A stretch of DNA of 64,000 nucleotides, from the NCBI GenBank assembly GCA_964423745.1, contig CAYRGG010000006.1, forward strand, positions 16,406 to 80,405, in the 5' to 3' direction. Of the stretch, positions 58,088 to 64,000 are shown in pieces. A program made the position numbers and the translations under genes. Under the pieces are notes generated by a model. It saw only the letters and a list, made by a program, of their open reading frames with translations, was not told the DNA's origin and did no database searches. Source of the stretch: an uncultured Candidatus Competibacteraceae bacterium (GTDB lineage Bacteria; Pseudomonadota; Gammaproteobacteria; Competibacterales; Competibacteraceae). Position 1 is the stretch's first letter, and each line of letters starts with the position of its first letter.

Positions 58088-58903
58088 ATGTTTGCAGCGG
58101 TTTATCTCGCTTGTGGTATAGGTATCGGTTTAATAATAAGTTTTGTTTTATTTTATGGTCTTTTTTATCGTTCTTTGAAAAAAGGGCATGTGGAAAATGA
58201 CCAGCGGCTAGCTCAATTACAATCAGAACAAGAAACCTTGAGTAGTAAACTCTACAACGAAGGAACACAACGGCAACTTGAAAAACAAACCTTCGCGAGA
58301 GAAAAGGCTCAGTTAGAAGCCGATCTAGAACAACTAGAAGAATCTCAATCCGAGCTTACTGAAGGCTACAATGCCCTCATCGCCCAGTCCAATGAAACTC
58401 AGCAAGGGCAAAAAAAGACAATACACCAGTTGCAAGAGGAGTTAGCGCAAACGTTGAAGGAAAAATCGAGCTTAGAAGCGCAATTGACCCGTATGAAAGC
58501 TAATCATGAACAACAACTAAAAAATTTGCAGTGGGATAATCTACAATTACAAAACGATTTCGATCGTATTGCGTTAGAAAAGTCTGTTTACGAAAAAAAA
58601 GCGGAAGAACGCCGAGATGAGTGGGAACAAAAACGTCTAGATTTGGATATTCAAGTTGCTCAGTCTCATAATGAAATAAAAAAACTGGAAGCCAAACTAG
58701 CGGTTTTAGCCCATGGTCAAACCGATAAGGACGAGCAAGACGGGCAAGCCTTAACAGATCAGATAAAACAACTCTTATCTGAAAAAGATAATATGGCGCA
58801 AAAACTCAATGCTCAAATTGACCATACGCAAGCCCTAGAAGAAGAAATCGAGCAGCTTATGGAACGTTTGCTGCGGGTACAAAGCGGTGCTGTGCAAAAT
58901 TGA
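58088..58903 (+). CDS. N-terminally membrane-anchored coiled-coil protein.
   Basis: N-terminal TM. Extended Q/E/L-rich heptad sequence. Confidence 0.4.
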   Translation: MFAAVYLACGIGIGLIISFVLFYGLFYRSLKKGHVENDQRLAQLQSEQETLSSKLYNEGTQRQLEKQTFAREKAQLEADLEQLEESQSELTEGYNALIAQSNETQQGQKKTIHQLQEELAQTLKEKSSLEAQLTRMKANHEQQLKNLQWDNLQLQNDFDRIALEKSVYEKKAEERRDEWEQKRLDLDIQVAQSHNEIKKLEAKLAVLAHGQTDKDEQDGQALTDQIKQLLSEKDNMAQKLNAQIDHTQALEEEIEQLMERLLRVQSGAVQN

Positions 58904-58952
58904 CTGATAAGGATAACAGACCAGACCGCTACATTTTAATACACAAGGTTTT

Positions 58953-59468
58953 ATGAAAGAACTGATTTTAGGTGGAGCGCGTTCTGGCAAGAGTGCCTTG
59001 GCCCAGCAACGGGCACAACAAAGCGCTTTACCGATTGTTTTTATCGCCACTGCCCAGCCTTTAGATGGAGAAATGGCCGCCCGCATTGCCCAGCATCGTC
59101 AGGAACGTCCTGATACCTGGAAGACCGTGGAAGAACCGTTGAACTTGGCCGCCACACTCCAGGCATATTCCACTCCAAATTCTTTACTTTTGGTGGACTG
59201 TTTGACCCTTTGGGTTTCCAATTTGCTTATGGCTGGGGACGCTTGTTTGCAAAGGGAAAAAGCGGCTTTACTCGATGTTTTGCCTGACTTATCAGGAGAT
59301 GTGGTGTTGGTAACTAATGAGGTAGGACAAGGAATCGTTCCAACTCATGAAACGTCTCGTTATTTTAGAGACGAAATGGGTTCTCTCCATCAAAAGCTTG
59401 CCCAAATCTGTGAACGCGTAACATTAGTGGTTGCAGGTCTTCCATTGGTTTTAAAACAGCCAATTTAA
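58953..59468 (+). CDS. cobU: Adenosylcobinamide kinase / adenosylcobinamide-phosphate guanylyltransferase (CobU/CobP).
   Basis: N-terminus LILGGARSGKSALAQQ. 171 aa. Confidence 0.8.
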   Translation: MKELILGGARSGKSALAQQRAQQSALPIVFIATAQPLDGEMAARIAQHRQERPDTWKTVEEPLNLAATLQAYSTPNSLLLVDCLTLWVSNLLMAGDACLQREKAALLDVLPDLSGDVVLVTNEVGQGIVPTHETSRYFRDEMGSLHQKLAQICERVTLVVAGLPLVLKQPI

Positions 59469-59573
59469 AAAATGTTAGGTTTCAAAAAATGGCGCAAGCA
59501 AATTTTTTATACATTAGGTCAAAGGATAAATTTAGTAACCAATATATACAACTTAAATAAATTAAGCACTGTG

Positions 59574-60482
59574 CTAGCGATAAGCAACAATTTTTACACG
59601 ACTCTCCCAACTGCCGAATAGAGCGCTGCCGGTTGTTTCTAGAAAAATTTTCCGATTGGCTGGCATCGGTAACCAAAAATTATCGGAGTTATATGACCAC
59701 TCCTGTTGCATTTGAGCGATAGAGTAAAGATAGAAAGCAGCTTCTTTCGATTCATTTAGTTTTACAGAAATTTTAAAACTGTGGCGTCCTCCTCGAACAT
59801 AATTGGTTGCTATGAAAGCATAAACGAGAATTTCTCGAGCTTCATTGGGTATGCTAGTAGGTATGGCTTTTATGATTTTTCCTGGTCGCCCGGAGGGTAG
59901 AGACCCTAAATCGGCATTCACAAACTCATGCCGAGTTACAAAGGAATTTAGCGCTTTATTAAATAGTCTGGATAATTCATTTTTTTTAACGTATCTATGG
60001 GTCATCAAAATAATCTGATTTTGTAGCGATTTTATAATCTTTATATAATCTTTTCTGGCATTGTGAACATCTGCTTTAGTTTGTGCTAATAAATTTTGCA
60101 AATCTATTCGATTTTTTTCCTTTAAAGTAGTTAGCTCAACATTATTTTCCTTTTGAAAGGATGTCAGTGCCTCGGTTATCTTTTTTAGCTCCTGTGCACT
60201 GGTTTCTTGCCATTTGTTCAATTTGCTAGCGAGTCTTTTCATATCCTTGGTATAGAATGCAAGTTGCTGATTTAGTTGGCTGCTGTTACGCTCAATCATG
60301 TCTTGCTGAGTGACAAGACTGGACTGAAGTCTATTTATTTCATTTTTCATAGATAACAGGCTTGTTCGAAGTTTTTCCATCTCAAGTTGTTTTGCGTAGT
60401 TTTGTTGTAAAAAATAGTATCCTCCTGTTCCTGCTACAGTAATTGCTATTAAAAAAGTTAAAAAATGCCCGAGTAATCTCAT
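59574..60482 (-). CDS. Hypothetical membrane-anchored coiled-coil protein with a conserved-looking C-terminal globular domain.
   Basis: N-terminal TM and a central coiled coil. No family recognised. Confidence 0.35.
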   Translation of the reverse strand: MRLLGHFLTFLIAITVAGTGGYYFLQQNYAKQLEMEKLRTSLLSMKNEINRLQSSLVTQQDMIERNSSQLNQQLAFYTKDMKRLASKLNKWQETSAQELKKITEALTSFQKENNVELTTLKEKNRIDLQNLLAQTKADVHNARKDYIKIIKSLQNQIILMTHRYVKKNELSRLFNKALNSFVTRHEFVNADLGSLPSGRPGKIIKAIPTSIPNEAREILVYAFIATNYVRGGRHSFKISVKLNESKEAAFYLYSIAQMQQEWSYNSDNFWLPMPANRKIFLETTGSALFGSWESRVKIVAYR

Positions 60483-60754
60483 TACTTTCTTTCTCCAAAC
60501 ATTAACATCTTATTTTTTGCAAATAAGCGGAATTATCTCCATGTATAAACGTGTTAACTAAAATGCATGTGGTTACAGTCAATTTTTTACGATTGCTCAG
60601 TACATTGTAACCTTTCACTCTTCAACTGCGCAGCAATTTCCTACTTGGACCATTTTTTGCTTTTAAATAAATTAAGTTATTATCTGCAGGGTAGGAGCGC
60701 GAGTTCAAAAAAGTCTATCCGATAAGGTTTTATACTTGCTACGACAAAGCTTTT

Positions 60755-61438
60755 GTGATTTGCAAAGGATTGATGAATATGTGGAAAAAATGGATTATTT
60801 GTTTATTTTTTTTGACGAGTGCGGTTTTCTTACCCTTAGAATTGTATTCAGCAGTTTATAAATATGTTGATAATCGTGGAGTTGTGCATTTTGTTGACAA
60901 TATAAGTAAAGTACCTCTCGAGTATCGAAAAAATCTCGAATCTCGTGAGTATAAAAAAAATGATCACTTATCTCAAAATAAAAGAAATGCGTTGCTAGAT
61001 AATGAAAAGAAAAAACGCCAAGCAATGATTCAATCGTTTTTATCGAAAGACATTGAAACCAATGTTATTATTATAAACAATAAAGTTTTAGTGCCTGTAC
61101 GGCTTGGCTACAGAGGTAGAGAGATAAAAACGCTACTGCTTTTCGATACGGGTGCTTCAATAACTTTATTACACGAAAAACCCATTCGACAATTGGGCAT
61201 TAAAAAACTAAAAAGCGCACAAGCTCAAGTGGCTGACGGTAGTGTTATCAATACGGGTATTTCTGAACTGGACTATATGATTGTGGGACCTTTCAAAAAA
61301 ACTAATATCGAAGTGGCTTTTGTGGAAGACAAAGTTGTTTCTGGAACACACGACGGCTTATTAGGTATGAATTTTTTACGTGGCTTTGAATACAGTATAG
61401 ATTTTGAGAGAAATGTCATAAAATGGAAAAAACCCTAA
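60755..61438 (+). CDS. DUF4124 domain plus retropepsin-like (clan AA) aspartic protease domain protein.
   Basis: N-terminal YKYVDNRGVVHF (DUF4124). C-terminal LLFDTGASITLL aspartyl-protease motif. Confidence 0.55.
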   Translation: MICKGLMNMWKKWIICLFFLTSAVFLPLELYSAVYKYVDNRGVVHFVDNISKVPLEYRKNLESREYKKNDHLSQNKRNALLDNEKKKRQAMIQSFLSKDIETNVIIINNKVLVPVRLGYRGREIKTLLLFDTGASITLLHEKPIRQLGIKKLKSAQAQVADGSVINTGISELDYMIVGPFKKTNIEVAFVEDKVVSGTHDGLLGMNFLRGFEYSIDFERNVIKWKKP

Positions 61439-61452
61439 AGTCGATTTTTTAA

Positions 61453-61902
61453 TTGAAGGGATCAATGAATTACGCAAAATCTGCTTCGTTGCCCCGGTTT
61501 CATCTTGCTTTTCCAGTTAAAAACCTGGCAGAAACAAAATCGTTTTATCAAGATAAGCTGGGTTGTAACGTTGGGCGTGAGAGCCAAACTTGGCTAGATT
61601 TTGACTTTTTTGGTCATCAGATCACTGCTCATTTGAGCCACCAAGTTGACGATTTAACGGTAACCAACGAAGTGGACGGTGATGATGTTCCCATACGCCA
61701 TTTCGGCGTCATTTTGGATTGGAGCGACTGGCATGAGCTGGTTGCAAAGCTTCGTGCAGCGTCTATTCCGTTTAGTATCGAACCCCATATACGTTTTCAG
61801 GGTCAAATCGGGGAGCAAGCTACGCTATTCTTCCAAGACCCCAGTAACAACATGCTTGAGTTCAAAAGTTTTAAAGATCCAAGTCAGGTCTTTGTAAAAT
61901 AA
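61453..61902 (+). CDS. VOC-family (glyoxalase/bleomycin-resistance/dioxygenase fold) protein.
   Basis: 149 aa; the N-terminal segment is FHLAFPVKNLAETKSFYQDKLGC. Confidence 0.55.
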   Translation: MKGSMNYAKSASLPRFHLAFPVKNLAETKSFYQDKLGCNVGRESQTWLDFDFFGHQITAHLSHQVDDLTVTNEVDGDDVPIRHFGVILDWSDWHELVAKLRAASIPFSIEPHIRFQGQIGEQATLFFQDPSNNMLEFKSFKDPSQVFVK

Positions 61903-61967
61903 AAAGATATACCGATAAGGTGGAATATTACGATAAGGTGGAGTCATAAAGTCTTCAATAGGTTTAA

Positions 61968-63452
61968 ATGAATACTATGACGAAACACGATCAATCATTT
62001 CCTTCCAAAAAACCCCCCAATATTCATCGCATTAAATCAGGTTCTTTCTCGCGAGGAATGAGCTTGACTACATTGGGATTGAAAGCGGGAGCACGTTTTG
62101 GCACTTATTCCCTGACAGGTTTTTTAACCCGTGGCGACAAAAAGCAGGCTCGGCGTCAGCAGATGCTAGAACAGCAAGCACAGCTGTTTGCCGAGGAACT
62201 GGGTAAGTTAAAGGGCAGCGTGATGAAGGTTGGGCAAGTATTGGCCTTGTATGGCGAGCACCTTTTCCTGCCACCAGAGGTAGTGGATGTGCTGCGCACC
62301 CTGCAAGATGACAGTCCTCCTTTGCAGTGGAAGACGTTGTTGCCTATTTTACAACGAGAACTGGATAGTCAGCGTTTGCAGGAGCTGGATATGGATCCAA
62401 CGCCTTTAGCGGCTGCATCTTTGGGTCAAGTTCATCGGGCACGACGCAAGCGCGATGGTAAAGCACTGTGTATCAAGATCCAATATCCCGGTGTGGCGGA
62501 ATCGGTGGATAGCGATCTCAATACCTTGCAAACCCTATTATTGTTCTCGCGACTGTTACCTAGGGGTTTAGATATTTCTGACTTTATGATTGAAGTACGG
62601 GAAATGCTACACCGGGAAGTGGACTACGACCTCGAGTTGAAAAATGTCGAGAGATTTCGTCAATTGTTAAAGGACGATGGTCGCTTTTGTATTCCAGAGA
62701 CGTTTCCGGAATATTCCACAAAGCGGGTGTTGACAACGACCTTTGAATCCGGCTTACCAGTAAGCAACGCCACGGCTAAAACCCTCAGTCAACAACAACG
62801 TAACCAGCTCGGGGCGGCAGCCCTTGAGCTTTTTTTACGAGAATTTTTTCAGTGGAATTGGATCCAAACTGATCCAAATTTTGGTAACTATCGTATTCGC
62901 CTGGATCCTAAAGGTGACCGATTAGTATTACTGGATTTTGGTTCAGTACGGCGGTTTTCCGAGGCTTTTTTGGCCGCCTATCGGGAGATGGTGCGAGGCG
63001 CTTTTTGGCGAGACAAAGAGCGTTTGTGGAAGGCCGCCATCGAACTTAACTTTATGCCCGCCAATGCATCACCGGCAACCCTGGAACGTTTTGCCGAGTT
63101 GTGCTTTTTGATTATGGAGCCTTTTGCAGAGCCTGGGGAGCGGCCCTCAGTCGCTAACCTTACCAATAGCAACGGTGAATACTGTTGGCGCACTTCAAAT
63201 TTACCGCAGCGGGTTGCCCTAGCGGCCTCTAAGGCAAGCCTGTCATTATCATTTCGTTTGCCGCCGCGGGAATTTATTTTTTTGCATCGTAAGCTAGGTG
63301 GTGTGTTTCTTTTTTTAGCTGAACTCGGCGCTGAACTCAACACCAGACACCTGTTGCTACCCTATATGGGACAGCCCAAGGCATCGTCTGACAGTAAGCT
63401 GATCTGTCAAGATGAGCCAGATACTTCGCCAAGTACTGTGGAGCTAGCCTAA
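61968..63452 (+). CDS. ABC1/UbiB-family atypical protein kinase.
   Basis: AASLGQVHRA...ALCIKIQYPGV segments are characteristic of the ABC1 family. Confidence 0.7.
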   Translation: MNTMTKHDQSFPSKKPPNIHRIKSGSFSRGMSLTTLGLKAGARFGTYSLTGFLTRGDKKQARRQQMLEQQAQLFAEELGKLKGSVMKVGQVLALYGEHLFLPPEVVDVLRTLQDDSPPLQWKTLLPILQRELDSQRLQELDMDPTPLAAASLGQVHRARRKRDGKALCIKIQYPGVAESVDSDLNTLQTLLLFSRLLPRGLDISDFMIEVREMLHREVDYDLELKNVERFRQLLKDDGRFCIPETFPEYSTKRVLTTTFESGLPVSNATAKTLSQQQRNQLGAAALELFLREFFQWNWIQTDPNFGNYRIRLDPKGDRLVLLDFGSVRRFSEAFLAAYREMVRGAFWRDKERLWKAAIELNFMPANASPATLERFAELCFLIMEPFAEPGERPSVANLTNSNGEYCWRTSNLPQRVALAASKASLSLSFRLPPREFIFLHRKLGGVFLFLAELGAELNTRHLLLPYMGQPKASSDSKLICQDEPDTSPSTVELA

Positions 63453-63460
63453 AAGTCCGT

Positions 63461-64000
63461 TTAAGCGGGTTCCACATCGCGTACCCTAACGTAGGAGCCG
63501 GGCGCATCTTCAAGGGGTGCGAGTGCCCCATCGCCCGGTATCCTAGCGGGTACTTGAGGGCCTGAATGCTGCTTAACCCACTCCAACCAGTGTAGCCACC
63601 AGGACCCCTCGTGCTGGCTAGCATCCTTGGCCCATTTATCGGGGCTTTTAGGTAGTTTTTCATTGGTCCAATAGCTGTATTTACCTGCCTGGGGTGGGTT
63701 TATAATGCCAGCAATATGGCCAGATTCTCCTAATACAAAGGTGACTGGCCCACCCACCAATTGGGTGCCTGCGTAGGTGGAACTCCAAGGCGCGATATGA
63801 TCTTCTTTAGCAGAGAGAAAATAAACCGGCGTTTTGATCTTTCCAAGATCAATGGGTTGGCCCAAAAAGTTTAGACTGCCTGGGTCTTTAAGTTTATTGT
63901 GAAGGTACATATTGCGCAGATAAAAACTGTGCATTGCCTTGGGCATGCGGGTGGAGTCGGCATTCCAATATAACAAATCAAAGGGAAAGGGCGCTTGGCC
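63461..64000 (-). CDS. phaC: Poly(3-hydroxyalkanoate) synthase (PhaC), C-terminal part. The gene continues beyond the window end.
   Basis: The frame is open to position 64000. The PFDLLYWNADSTRMP motif is present, and the catalytic His lies within the C-terminal alpha/beta-hydrolase region. Confidence 0.6.
   Translation of the reverse strand, partial: GQAPFPFDLLYWNADSTRMPKAMHSFYLRNMYLHNKLKDPGSLNFLGQPIDLGKIKTPVYFLSAKEDHIAPWSSTYAGTQLVGGPVTFVLGESGHIAGIINPPQAGKYSYWTNEKLPKSPDKWAKDASQHEGSWWLHWLEWVKQHSGPQVPARIPGDGALAPLEDAPGSYVRVRDVEPA

Overview
This 64 kb window is chromosomal DNA of moderate GC content. It is most consistent with a Gammaproteobacteria-like organism carrying many cyanobacteria-type accessory genes, but the taxonomy is uncertain. 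Coding density is high and both strands are used.

Main blocks, left to right:

1. 1-9.4 kb. An accessory patch: the tail of a DUF2233 phosphodiester glycosidase, a UPF0175/DUF3368 TA-like pair, an orphan anti-sigma-like membrane protein, an N-terminal TnpB (IS200/IS605 OrfB) remnant, a Tat-signal serine hydrolase, an SDR, and a cNMP-binding FAD oxidoreductase.

2. 9.6-23 kb. A striking cluster of general-stress-protein homologues: a PA2169/DUF2383 ferritin-like protein, a Rho_N small protein, two tandem DUF2382/YsnF proteins, cytochrome bd oxidase subunits (cioAB-like), DUF1206, DJ-1/PfpI, ChaB, an SDR, GlsB/YeaQ, a PLD/ClsB-like protein, and a family-1 encapsulin shell with a ferritin-like cargo carrying a C-terminal GSLGIGSL targeting peptide.

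3. 23-29 kb. An orphan BY-kinase between large AT-rich spacers, a PRC-barrel lipoprotein, a purple-acid-phosphatase-like metallophosphoesterase, and a bacterial PH-domain protein.

4. 29-32.6 kb. rtcR (CARF plus sigma-54 activator). Its divergent partner is not rtcBA. Instead there is a perfect-spacing sigma-54 promoter followed by a tRNA-like non-coding element, a second T-arm-like hairpin, and then an SPFH/band-7 gene.

5. 32.8-36.7 kb. OsmC, MscS, a secreted phytochelatin-synthase-like peptidase, an Rpn/DUF4351 nuclease and DUF29.

6. 36.8-47.9 kb. A complete CRISPR-Cas locus. There are 13 copies of a 28 bp repeat, with the leader at the cas2 side. The minus-strand operon reads cas6, an HD-containing large subunit (Cas10d-like), cas7, cas5, an HD-less cas3' helicase, cas4, a frameshifted cas1, and cas2. 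A divergent WYL regulator sits upstream. The content is type I-D-like, but the gene order is I-B-like.

7. 48-64 kb. A btaA/btaB-like betaine-lipid pair, a thiD with an in-frame TAA, a MobB-like protein with a degenerate P-loop, a voltage-gated K+ channel, an orphan Phd antitoxin, pgeF, murE, a tail-anchored response regulator, cobU, a DUF4124 plus retropepsin protein, a VOC protein, a UbiB/ABC1 kinase, and the C-terminal part of phaC at the window edge.

No rRNA genes, canonical tRNA genes, integrase or prophage were recognised.
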